Assembly (NCBI RefSeq): GCF_001194135.2
Contig: NC_068986.1
Coordinates: forward strand, 62,078,762 to 62,117,997
DNA length: 39,236 nt
Direction of reading: 5' to 3'
Origin: Octopus bimaculoides
Taxonomy: Eukaryota
Shown: positions 10,020 to 21,400 of the stretch, in pieces
Position numbering within the stretch: position 1 is the stretch's first letter
Layout: each line of letters opens with the position of its first letter
The notes under the pieces: generated by a model
Databases searched by the model: none
What the model was told of the DNA's origin: nothing
Seen by the model: only the letters and a program-made list of their open reading frames with translations
Translations under genes and position numbers: made by a program

Positions 10020-11221
10020 TATAGGTGAGAAAGTTGGTATGTGAAAGCACGTGGTTGGATGTATAAAAGATAAACAAGAGTGAAAAAACTACAGAAGGCT
10101 TGTGTTATATGGTTAAAGTATATATTTAAATCGTTATGTTAGAAAATGTTATAAAATTTTGAGTATAGAAACNNNNNNNNNNNNNNNNNNNNNNNNNNNN
10201 NNNNNNNNNNNNNNNNNNNNNNNNNNNNNNNNNNNNNNNNNNNNNNNNNNNNNNNNNNNNNNNNNNNNNNNNNNNNNNNNNNNNNNNNNNNNNATGAGGT
10301 GAGTTTCTGTATTTCAAATTGTTAGAAATGGTTAAGTTTTGGCTTATATTTTTCAATGAAGAAGGTTTCCTTATTTAATCTAATTTGTGTTGGTGTTCCA
10401 ATGGCACATTGATAGAATGGAAAGATTATAAATTGTGGTAGCATTTGTTTTGCGCATTTCTCAATATGTTCACTAAAGGGTATCATTCTGTATTCTGGGA
10501 ATGCAATCTGCTGTCGATGCAGAGTGCATCTGCGTCTGAGCGATAATCCTGTGGACCCTATGTAGTTTTGGTGGCAGCCCGAGCATCTTATGACATAAAT
10601 CAGGTTTTCTGAAGCACAAGTAAAGTCAGATTTGATTTTGAATTTTTGTCCCTCTTTGAAAAGGAATTCTGATCCTTCTAGAAGGTTTGGGCATGTTGCG
10701 CAATTTGATCGACCACATTTTTTTCACTTTTGCATCTGTTATTTTGGAAAATAATTTTGCCTTTGTGAGGATCTTTTTTTGTGATTTTGGTTGTTTGTAG
10801 CTTTTAATGATTTTATGTGTGTGTAAAATTTCCTTTAATTTGGGGTCCTTATGTAGCATTGGTAAATTTTGGGTGATGATGGTGAAGGCTTCTTTGTTTC
10901 TGGGGTTGTATGTGGATATGTACGGCAGTATTTTTGGGGAAGGTGTGCTGCTGTGTTGAACTTTTCCTAAGTTTTCTATGTCAATTTGTGATGCACGTCT
11001 GATTCCATCCTCTATGAGTTGAACTGTCTAGAACTCCATATTTTACACCATAGCAAAGACATGTTATGATACAGGTAGAGAAATTTGAAAAGAAAATACG
11101 AAAGCAGTTATTTCTCCAAAAACAATGTTTCTATACTCAAAATTTTATAACATTTTTCTAACATAACGATTTAAATATATACTTTGACCATATAACACAA
11201 GCCTTCTGTAGTTTTTTCACT
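10020..11221 (-). mobile_element. Penelope-like element 3' fragment with an inverted copy of its 3' repeat
   Basis: GIY-YIG ORF on the minus strand. 10079-10172 is an inverted repeat of 11127-11221 (about 2 differences). Confidence 0.8.
10322..11020 (-). pseudogene. PLE thumb/linker plus GIY-YIG endonuclease, one frameshift
   Basis: ...KVKK(+1 A in an A7 run near 10720)CGRSNCATCP..SDFTCASENLIYVIRCSGCHQNYIGSTGLSLRRRCTLHRQQI..KETFFIEKYKPKLNHF* (stop at 10322-10324). Confidence 0.9.
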
Positions 11222-11224
11222 CCT

Positions 11225-11808
11225 AATCGAAATCGAGTTACATTGGACACTAAAATCCACTTGCGAAGACCGGTTGAGGCAAGTGAAATCGAAATCGAGT
11301 TAAATTTGACACTAAACTCCACTTGCGAAGACCTGTTGAGGCAAGTGAAATCGAAATCGAGTTAAATTTGACGTCTGGCACCCATGCCAACGTTGTCTCC
11401 CTCATTGGACACGAAACTCAACTTGCGAAGACTTATTGGGGCAAGCGAAAGCGAAATTGTGCCCAGCGTCGCCTTTCTGGCACTTGTGTCCGCAGCGTGT
11501 GTAAGGACTTTCAAGCGAGATCGTTGCCAGTGCCCCTGGACTGGCTCTTGTGCAGGTGGTACATAAAATACACCATTTTGAGCGTGGTCGTTGCCAGTAC
11601 CGCCTGACTGGCCTTCGTACCGGTGGCACATAAAAAGCACCCACTACACTCTCTGAGTGGTTGGCATTAGGAAGGGCATCCAGCTGTAGAAACTCTGCCA
11701 AATCAGATTGGAGCCTGGTGTAGCCATCTGGTTTCACCAGTCCTCAGTCAAGTTGTCCAACCCATGCTAGCATGGAAAGCGGATGTTAAACGATGACGAT
11801 GATGATGA

Positions 11809-11810
<2 letters not shown>
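11225..11810 (+). mobile_element. RTE 3' UTR/tail fragment with a 62-bp tandem duplication at its 5' end
   Basis: AATCGAAATCGAG recurs at 11225, 11287 and 11349 (period 62). The rest is colinear with the RTE 3' UTR and ends GTTAAAC(GAT)n, followed by (AT)n to ~11900. Confidence 0.85.
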
Positions 11811-11864
<54 letters not shown>

Positions 11865-13089
11865 TAAAATTGTGTGTATTTGTGTATGTATATATATATA
11901 TATAGTGTATCTGTATATGAGAAAGGAGAGAAGGGGACACACACACAGCTTCTCTTTTTTTCTTCACACATTTTCTTTTTCTTATATGTAAACATATACA
12001 TTGTTTTGAATATTTGCTGGCTAATCTGTATGGTAAATCAATACTTCTCTTTGAGTTTTGCTATCTTGTCTGAGAAGACCAAAATTTAACTCTACCATTT
12101 TTTTTTCTTTTGTATATGTGTGCTATGGACTTTTGTTGCTGGATGTCATCACAACACTTTTCCTCCAGTACTTATCCTGACCCCTACTGGTCGACTCATC
12201 TGTGTACAATGGCTAACACCTTTAACACCCAACTGCTCTTTCATCTCTCTTTTGCTTTTTTTGCATGTTAATTTTATATATTCAGCAAACTATTGTTGCC
12301 TCATTTTTCTCCATCTTTTGTAGATCTGTATTCAATGCTTGTATTTCTTTATCCTGCAATATCATACACCTTTTATTGTCAACAAAAGCAGCAGCTCCTT
12401 GAACTTTTATCTCGTTATTGTTATAGCTACTTTGTTTTTCAGCACTATGTGCAACAAGCACCAGTTCTAATTAAATCTTCTATGTAATAGAGCCTATCAA
12501 CTGCGTTTAGTGAGTCATCTGAACAGGTCACCACCTTAATTTCATGGGTGTTCCTGTTGCTAACTATTCCTTCAGATGTTTGATGTCCTGATTATTTGTC
12601 AGTGTGCCAGAGATCCTAGTACATTGTGTGTGTGTGTGTGCATGCGTGCATGTGCATATGCACACATATGCAAACCCTTTCTACTTTCATAAAAGGAAAA
12701 TGGCAAGTATATCTTTATTACATTAGGCTATAAAAACATTTCCTTCTTGAACATGTGGTGCTTAAGATTTCTTTTTTTAAATTAGCCAACTCTGATGTTC
12801 ATTAAAATGTTATCTAACACCTCTCCCTCTTTACCTCTCTCTCACACACGCACAAACACACTAGGAAAATAAGAAGTGGAGAAGGAAGGGACATGAGTTT
12901 TTTTTTGCTTTTTAGGATGCTGGCCATCATCATCCCTACTGTGCTTACCATTCACTTAATACCATGTATTAAAACCACTGCCTTTATGGGCCAAAGAGGG
13001 ACTCTTTATGTAGCCAGTCAACTTGCTAGAAGTAAGTGCTAATTCTCCTTCAAATCACAGCCTACAATCTTTAATAGAGTTAACCCTCT

Positions 13090-14090
13090 GACTTTGCCAA
13101 GTAACATTCTACCATACTTGCTATTTCTAATGTAGTGGAAATTGTTCATTAACAACAGTCTTGCCCATAACCTTCAGTCTCCTTCCTGAATGACTATCAG
13201 TGCAGCTCTAATGAAGTCAAATCTACTGGAGATGTGTTCTCCTATGATAATTGGACTTTTGCCGTTGAGAAATTTAATAAAAATGTTATTTCCTTAAACA
13301 TCAACAAAGCGCTGACATGCACCTACAGATTCCATTCATTTTTCATCTTTTGTAATAGGTAGCTTCTTGTCAGATCACATCATTATCACGTGTTGATTAA
13401 GCTTTCTCTAATACATTCGAGAACTATTTGCTGTCATCTAACAACATGCGCTTCTGCATAGATGATACCACTTTTCATTCCTCCACACCCAAGCAGTATC
13501 TATGTACAGCCTGGATATTTCATGTCAAATCTGCACTGACACTATGAACAGAGACCTCAAAAATGCCCTCCCTATCACTGTGGATACTCCTGATGAATAA
13601 ACATTCCAAATATAGCTGAAACTGCATCACAAAAAAAAAAAAAACTAGCCTTCCTCTCTAGGGCCAGAAAATACTTCAGTTCCCAACAACTAATTCTTTA
13701 TAAAGCTCAGGTGAGATCCTTCCCACATCTCAAACAATGTTGCTGCTACGTACTCAGACATCCTAGATTCCATCCAAAAACAGGGCACTCAACTAATGTG
13801 TTACATGGCTTACCATTATATCTCACCCACAGGTACTCAGATGTTCTACTGCTACAATAGTCTGCTCATCACATCTGACCAGTCTCATGTCACTGCTATT
13901 CTGGAATACCCAAAATGATCATCTTTTCTCTTGTCACCTATATTGTCCCCTTGCTACCCAGTCTCTGCACTAACTGCTACACCCAGTACTTCCTCTTCAG
14001 AACATTATTCTTCTGGAGTTCCCACCCTGCATGTTTTTGTTGCAGCTATTGACTTGCTCAAGAGGAAAGCCAATGACTTCAGTTTCACTT
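13090..14090 (+). mobile_element. Highly decayed CR1/Jockey-group LINE RT 3' fragment
   Basis: Remnant peptides LNDYQ..STGDVFSY.NW...ISLNINKA (cf. HQYGFR..STGDLL..W..ALDISKAFD), FCIDDTT (13461; cf. FADDT), LYKAQVRS, LDSIQK, and terminal LWNSLP..VF-like DNA. Confidence 0.6.
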
Positions 14091-14445
14091 TTATTTGAGA
14101 GCCTGTGTTGGCTTTGGACACAACTCTTTCTAGCCGCTAAAGCAATTATAATTAGAAAAAAAAGCAGGTTGATAACATACGCTTATATGCCCATAATAAA
14201 ATAGAATAGAGACAACTAGAATGTCTTGATCAGAGATCTGCTTTATCAGGGTTTTACTGGGGTTACACAGCAAAAATAATCATAACCTCTTAATTCTTTT
14301 CTTTAGTCTCCTGCCAAATTGCTGATTTACCAGAGTTTTGTCAATTCTTAGGTAATGTACAGGTAATATAAGTAGATATGAAATTATTGCTGGAATGCTT
14401 AAAATATCTGCTGCAGTAGTTACACAGAGAGAGAGAGAGAGAGAG

Positions 14446-15233
14446 AAAGTTATAGCCCATTTAATTAGGAGCAGAATTTGACTAGATGAAATGTAGTTTT
14501 GGTTTTATGCTAGGGTGAAGTACTACAGATGCCATGTTCTTAGTAAGTCATCTGCAGGAGAAGTATTTAGCTAAGTGCAAAGCTACTGTAATTGGCATTT
14601 GTTCATCATTTTTCTCTAGGCCATAACAGAGGAATTTAAGACCAGCTACCCCTGGAAGCTACTATACACTGGTGATCTTGTTCTTATAGCAAATTCTCTA
14701 ATAGAATTAGAAAAGAAATTCCAGATGTGGAACAAAACCGGAAATCAAAAGGCCTTAAAGTTAACTTGAAGAACAGAGTTCTAGTAATCAGGGAAACAGA
14801 CAGGACTCTACTCCCTTCAGGTAAATGGCCCTCCTCATTGTGTTGTAAAGGTGTAGGTAGGAATTCCATATGGTGTAACCAGTGCAGGCTATGGGCACAC
14901 AAAAAGTGCAGTGGAAGGCTAACTGAGAAAATAGTCTTTGTATGCGGAAGATGTGTGGAAACAATGAACATTGACACATGGGAAAAAAATTTTTTGGAAT
15001 ATATCTATTCCCTGGATGTAGTAGTTAGTTTCTATTAGTAGTTGGAGAGGATGTTCTGAAAGTGTGGCTCAAAAAGTACCCAGTTTACACTAAGGTGGAT
15101 GGCATTAGGAAGGATATCCAGCCATAGCAACCAAAGCTGTTACTGGAACTTGGTGCAGCTCCATGGCCCACCAGATCCTATCAAACCACCCAGCTTATGC
15201 CAGCATGGAAAATAGACATTAAATGATGATGAT
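14446..15233 (+). mobile_element. Older RTE copy with two internal deletions
   Basis: Diverged match to 5140-5290, then 5490-5960, then a tail ending ATTAAATGATGATGAT. Sequence jumps occur at ~14600 and ~15070. Confidence 0.8.
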
Positions 15234-16499
15234 ACTTGCAAATATAACTTACCTTCTACATTCACAACCATAATTTTACTTTTCACATCTCCAGCGTTTT
15301 TTTCCTATTAAAATTGTACTCACCTTTTGAGCTGAACAACGTGGTACAGATTATTTATGAACTCTAGACCTGGACCTATTTTATTATAATGGTATCAAAG
15401 AGTCTTTTCAATAAGTTTTCTATACTAATAGTGATTTTACTTCTACATTAGAAATAGATCAATGGCTTCTAGATTCAGGCTTTCTTTTATGGGGTCTTGT
15501 AATCAAAAAAGAAATCTGTTCATACAGTGAATTCTGTGTGTCTTGGCACTCTAAATGTTATCATGCTGTGTTGTGCATCTGGTATGGTAACCAGTTTGGC
15601 TGGGTGCAATTCATCTAATTTTATAAAGCACAAGGGAGAAGACTAAAAGTAAAGTGATGCTGATATTATAACATGTTCTCTCTTTTCCCCATAGACACTT
15701 TTACAATATGGCAATTTGACAATATTTGTACTAACTCAAAGTTGTTTGCTGCACATACCTTAGTTTACCAAAATCTCAAGAACAGGTACCAGATCCCTTG
15801 ATGGAGTCTTTACATCTGTTAGCTTGATAACCTGACCAGTGGGAGAGTTCTCTATCGTCGGCTTAATAACACAAAATGAGCTAACTACAAATCCTTGACA
15901 TCGCATCTTTACTTAAAATTTATGTATTGCAAATTCCTTATTTTTATGTTCCAGACTTCTCTGGCTAGTATTTCATTGCTTTAGCAAGATAATGATCAGA
16001 GGCACTTTGGTCTTGAGTCCTGCTATGGTTACCTTAAGAAGTGTAAAAAGAAAATATAAATTAATTTAGAGTTTTAGTGTAGATTTCAATATTTCTTATG
16101 TACATAGACTTTTACATTCTGAAAAGTCCTTCTCCTACATCTGACTTTAATGTTGATTTTCCAATAGATTAGAAAACTTCTTTAGTCTAAGATGAATAGA
16201 AATATGTAAAATATGTAAAATAATTTGTTTATTTCATCACCATTAAGAGAATGAACAGATATGAGAAGGAAAAAAAATTCTTGATTCAACTTTGATTTTT
16301 GTTATTTGTTAACATTTCATGAACTAAATGATTTATTATAGTTTAGTGTTCATGTAGTCTTATTATATTATGCCACTTTATCTACAAATGCATGCATATT
16401 CTCAGACACCACTTGCCTCTCACACCAGTGCATAGACATGTTGAGACCAGAACTTTAATGGATGTGAAGTCATAAACACCTGTTTCTCCTGTTAAACAG

Positions 16500-16721
16500 A
16501 GTTGTTCCAGGGAGCTCTCTCAAGTTTACAGAGAAGATATTCCTCTGAGAATTGATATTCATGAACCTGTTTTATCACCATTCCTGTGGGTCACCAAATC
16601 TTTGAGGGATCAAGAACAACTGCCTCACAAAGTAAAAGACATGGTGGCCTGTTGGGATTGGGAAAAGTTACAGTTGTTGTTTAGAGATATACATTCCAAA
16701 ATTCCTCCAATAAGATTTCAG
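16500..16721 (+). CDS. Candidate upstream exon of the RASSF gene (internal 222-nt exon, or first coding exon from ATG 16641)
   Basis: Acceptor ..TTTCTCCTGTTAAACAG| and donor TTTCAG|GTTGGT, phase 0/0, 74 open codons (SCSRELSQ...DMVACWDWEKLQLLFRDIHSKIPPIRFQ). It joins the 17751 exon in frame. I recognise no homology. Confidence 0.4.
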
Positions 16722-17750
16722 GTTGGTGAAAAGCTGTTTATTTCACTGCTAGTGAATGCTTTGGCTATCCTGTAACCCTAGAGTTATTAAAATTCATAGC
16801 ATTTTTTTTGGTTCCATCCCAATTATTTAAACAAGAATTTGTTGAATTTTTTCTTAAAATATTTTTTGCTATTGTACATTTTTTTCCTAAGTTGCTTTTT
16901 ATTTTGTTAGTAACTATATATACAATTACTTCAGTCTAGTTGTATAAAATAATTATAGCAAATTTTGTATTGCATCTTGCCAGAACATGTAGCTGGTAAA
17001 TATTTGATTTATTCAATGTAATGGTGCTTCTTGATTGATTTTTAGGCTTATATATTTGTAATTGTCAATGTAATAATGGTACTATATAAGAAATTTAGAT
17101 TCATTTGGGCATGTGAAATTCTGTAGAGTAGTTCCAATTAATTTAAGTATGTTTTTATGGAATTATTCAGCATTGTTCTTTTATAATGAATAAAATAAAT
17201 AAATTACAGAGGTGTACTCGCATGGCAAATGTTTCAACCTGACATTGTATGTTGAAACTAAAATGACTACAGCATGGAAGACACACATTTGTCATTCAGA
17301 AACATACAAAGACTTTTAACTTCACTTAAATATTTATTGATTCTGATATGGTATCCAAATTTACATTGCTCCAAACTGCAACCTGGTCACTGACAATGTT
17401 CCTCAATAAATGTTTAAGCAAAGTTTGTGTGTTCCTGAATGGCTAATATGTGTCTTACATGTTGCAAAATAAATTTTGGCTGAAAATAAATACAATATTG
17501 TGACCCATAATTTGTCTATTAAATAAATTAGATAATTACTTTTAATTAGTGACAATAATTTGATTTAGTAAGTTTTTTTTATGCTATGTACATATGACAG
17601 TTTACTTGATTGAAATCTCTTTGTTTTGCTGTTTAGCTTTCATTGTCTATTTTATATTGTCAGTTAAAAAAAAAGAAAAGAAAGAAAAAGACCCCACTTC
17701 CCCTGCAAGCAATAATCATAACACTGGTTGTACCTTTTATTTTTCCTCAG

Positions 17751-17900
17751 GATGAAACCGATTCTGGTTACAGATCAGGTCCAATTCCGGATGAGATTTT
17801 ACCAAAGAAAGAACCAAGTGAAGCAACACTTAATCGGGAGGAGCTTAAAAGTAAATTACAAGAATACAATAACAATGTTCCAAATGCCAATCTCGCTCTA
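17751..17900 (+). CDS. RASSF1: RASSF1/3/5-like Ras-association domain family protein, internal exon
   Basis: Strong TTTTCCTCAG acceptor and GTAAGT donor, 150 nt, phase 0/0. DETDSGYRSG...LNREELKSKLQEYN resembles RASSF1 SSGY and LSQAEIEQKIKEYN. The exact paralogue (1/3/5) cannot be resolved from this window. Confidence 0.85.
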
Positions 17901-18341
17901 GTAAGTTCTCTTCACTTACATATTTGTTTCTATTTTTCATGTTTTATAAGAGTAAAATAGTTTCCTTATCAGTAAAGAGAAGATCACTAGTGTTTGTTTT
18001 ATTTTATGTCACTTTTGCAAGGAATTATCAATAAACCATGGAAAACAAAAGATTTGCAAAGCTCTTTCAAAAGGGATAAGTATGGATAATTCCATATGAA
18101 AAATACGGAAATATTTTTTGTAAGTGGGATGTGATATGCATAATTTCAATGTGAGGTAAAACTTTTGTTAATTGCTGATTTAAAAACAAATTTATTAACT
18201 CCAAGTAGCTGTAGCTGACATCCTGTTAGCAATTTACATTTTATTTACTTGACAATAAACAATTGCAGCGTGGAAGGTGTTTATAAGCCATTTAAAATAA
18301 CACACAAAAGCCGTCAGATTCACTTCAACATTTAAATTTAA

Positions 18342-18392
18342 TTTGTCAAAATATTTTCGTCACTTTGAGACCGCGACCTGTTCACTGACAAA
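18342..18392 (-). ncRNA. Mirror copy of the G3:C8 hammerhead-like motif
   Basis: Minus strand: UUUGUCA-GUGAACA-G-GUCGC-GGUCUCAAA-GUGAC-GAAA-AUAUUU-UGACAAA. Confidence 0.6.
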
Positions 18393-18407
18393 ATTGTGCA
18401 GCACAAT

Positions 18408-18458
18408 TTTGTCAGTGACCAGGTCGTGGTCTCAAAGCGACGAAAATATTTTGACAAA
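18408..18458 (+). ncRNA. Putative minimal type-I hammerhead ribozyme, G3:C8 core variant
   Basis: Stem I UUUGUCA/UGACAAA; core GUGACCA; stem II GUCGU/GCGAC; GAAA; palindromic stem III AAUAUU; predicted cleavage after U18451. Confidence 0.6.
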
Positions 18459-21400
18459 TTAAATTTAAATGTTGAAGTGAATCTGACGGCTTTTGTGTGT
18501 TATTTTAAATGGCTTATAAACACCTTCCACGCTGCAATTGTTTTCGTTCCAGCACACGATCTCAGATCAGGTCACTTGCTATGCAAGTACATATCCGTAA
18601 TTACTTGACAATGCTATATATTAAATATCAAAATCTTTCACCTTACATTTATGGCTTGATTAGTAATATATTTCTTCATTAAGTGGTGTAATAAAGTTTA
18701 TTTTATCAATTCCCTGCAATTATAACTTATAATTTTTACTTTCTAATACTAGGTCCCTTCAGTCATACCCAACTATAGATTCTGGCATTGTGTATCAAAA
18801 TCATAGGTTGCTCTTTGCATTGCAGAGCACAACACTTAGTTTTTATGTGACAGCCAAAGCCTTTAGAAAAAAGATAGGCATCCATGCTTTAGAGCTCCAT
18901 TTTAGGTTTCTGAAGGTTTTACTGCCTTAGCCTTTGCTTCTTGATACAGCACTCAAGTTATTTAATCATAAACTGTGTGTGTGTATGTAGGTCCTTTGTA
19001 TTTCTGCTAGTACTTCTGTTGTAACCTAATATTCTAAGATTCCAGTAATGCACCAATTCTAATAGTGCATAAGTTTCTAAATACATGTTAATTTTACAAT
19101 GTTAGTATTAATTGCAAATGTGAGACATTTCATCTACTTACAGCTAAGCTGGACTGAGTCATTGTGGATTATGTCTTCATTAGCACAGTGTTGCTGACTT
19201 CCTTGGTTTGTTGTCCAGTCAGTATTCTGAAAACTATATGGTAGATCACAAGTTGGGCAACAGCAATGTAATAATCTGGGTGGTTTGTTTATCCTTCAAA
19301 TTGATCAGTAGTGCTCTCATTGCTATAAACAGTCCAGTTAAGTGGCAGAGGTAGACACCTTGGAAACTACCACCATGCAGTCTTTTAACACATAATTGTT
19401 ATTCACTTCCTCATTTGCTATTTTGGCATCTGCTGTGACTTGTTGGAACTAAAGCTTTTAGGCTCTGTTTCCTTTTTAGTGCTAACTACTTGGCCATGAA
19501 ATAGGAATGAAACCTATAATGAGTTTGACAGACAAAAGCAAGTAATGTTATGTCTTGTTCATAGGCATAGCACAGCAGCTGTGCTTATCCCCATGTGGCC
19601 TGTCGTAGTTTGCAACTCTTCAGTAATAAGAACAAGAGAAAAGAAAAATATAAAACAAAAGTTACTATACAAAATAAATTTGGTCAAGCACTGAACCAAA
19701 ATGTCTGAAAACTTTCTAGAAAAAGTTGAGGTCATTAATGGACTTTGATATTGTTAGTAGTGACGTACCAATGACCTTCCAAGATGATTTTAAAAATGAT
19801 GAAATGTTAATAATTCATATAGTTTAAAGCTAACAGATTTGCAACTGGTGACTGACAATCTCTGTAGTATTGAAACTAATTATAATTCCATTTTAGGTTA
19901 GAGTGCTAACCAGTTTACACTATCGATATCAGTTCTGTTGGTTAGATGTATGGAGTTTGGAAAGTGGTGTGTTACTGTATAGTATCTTGACCTAGTAATG
20001 GACTAATTGGCTGAGAGCCAGAACTAGTAAGCATTCCAATGAATTAAAACCAGATTTGATTTTTTAAAAAATACACAGGAAAATACCTATTATAGTATTG
20101 TTTGAGAGAGAACCATATGGAAAACACATTAGTGTGGAGATGATGTGGAATGTAAGGATAATAATGGCTCATGGGGGAAGCAAATATTGAATATTAATTT
20201 GCTTTTCAAGCTTACACAATTTTTTAATGAATGTAGAGTAAAGATTATTGTTGAATGATGTTTGAACTAGTATTACTGGTGTTATTATTTTCAGCCAATA
20301 AAATATGGTAAAAACTAGTAATCATACTGAAATATTTTTCCTCACTTTTTCAGTGTGTGTGTGCGTGCATGTTCACATGTGCACTTATGTTTGATAGCAT
20401 ACTGGCCTATATCAATCCTCATAAAGATGCCATCTTTATGTCACGTATCTACATAAAGAGTGAAACAATCTTTAGCCTATCTTTCTCCAGGCTATATAGA
20501 GGGATTTGAGTTCAGCTGTAGAAGGTAACAAAATGTCCTCACACCAGTGAGTTGAACCTCCTTTTGGTGCCCAGTTATAGCTTGGTGATTTAATCTAACA
20601 AGAGTGAAATGATGTATTTCTAGACATTGCGCTTAAGTAGGCTGACAATCTATAAACTCAGGCTCCATAAACACTAACAAAAAAAAAAATTAATCTATTG
20701 GCACCAATAATTACATTAAGGTACACAGTGAACCTTTGTTTCAGAATAGAATTATTGGTTATGAATTGAAATATTGAACTAAATAATAGTTAGTATTGCC
20801 ATGTCATTGAAACTTGGGTTTTGAGAATTCCTTGTTTTGCCATAACATTTCTGCCAATAAAATAATCTGTATTAATTCTTCGCCTTCAAGCTATTTTTTT
20901 AATTCTTTAACTTTGGAATGTTTTTTAAAGAAAGAGGAAAGGTATCTTTAATAAAACAAAGTTTTCATGTTGATTAGTTAGAGATGTAAATTGCTATATA
21001 CTCTGTTTATTAAACAAAATGGCAGTATAATAAACATTTAACAGGTCTTTTTTAGATTCAGTATATTGAGAATGCTTTGATTTGGGAAAGAAAAAGGAAA
21101 TTAGTTTTAACATGAAACTGTTTAATCATATGTAATTGAGTCTTAACAAATCTAAACCTGTAATGAATGTATGGTAAATAAAGCTACTGAACCAGTCAGT
21201 ACATCAAAATTAGGAATATTTTTAGATGCCTTTGGCTTTAAAAAATGTTAACTTGTATATCAAAATTGATGACACTCAGTGGAAGATATCAGTAGATTCA
21301 TGAAGAATGAGCCATTGTGGCAGTATAAGAGAAAGTTTGGTTTTTAGTAGACTGAGAACTGGCATTTTTGTTAAAATAGATTGAGTGAAAAAAAATTCTT

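Larger units (their letters stand above)
18257..18543. repeat. 287-bp palindrome (two 143-bp arms, 3 mismatches, centre at 18400)
   Basis: Arm-by-arm reverse complement match: AAACAATTGCAGCGTGG...ACAAAATTGTGC-A-GCACAATTTTGT...CCACGCTGCAATTGTTT. Confidence 0.95.

Noticed and set aside
11225-11372. CRISPR-like array (also the 6590-6830 repeats)
   Set aside because: These are tandem units with no unique spacers, part of RTE 3' UTRs in a eukaryotic context.
13588-13630. CTGATGA...GAAAC hammerhead-like spacing
   Set aside because: No stem I/II/III pairing, and it lies in decayed LINE coding sequence.
20491-20526. Small AG..GT cassette exon in the RASSF intron
   Set aside because: The phase-0 frame hits TAG and the length is not compatible with the flanking exons.
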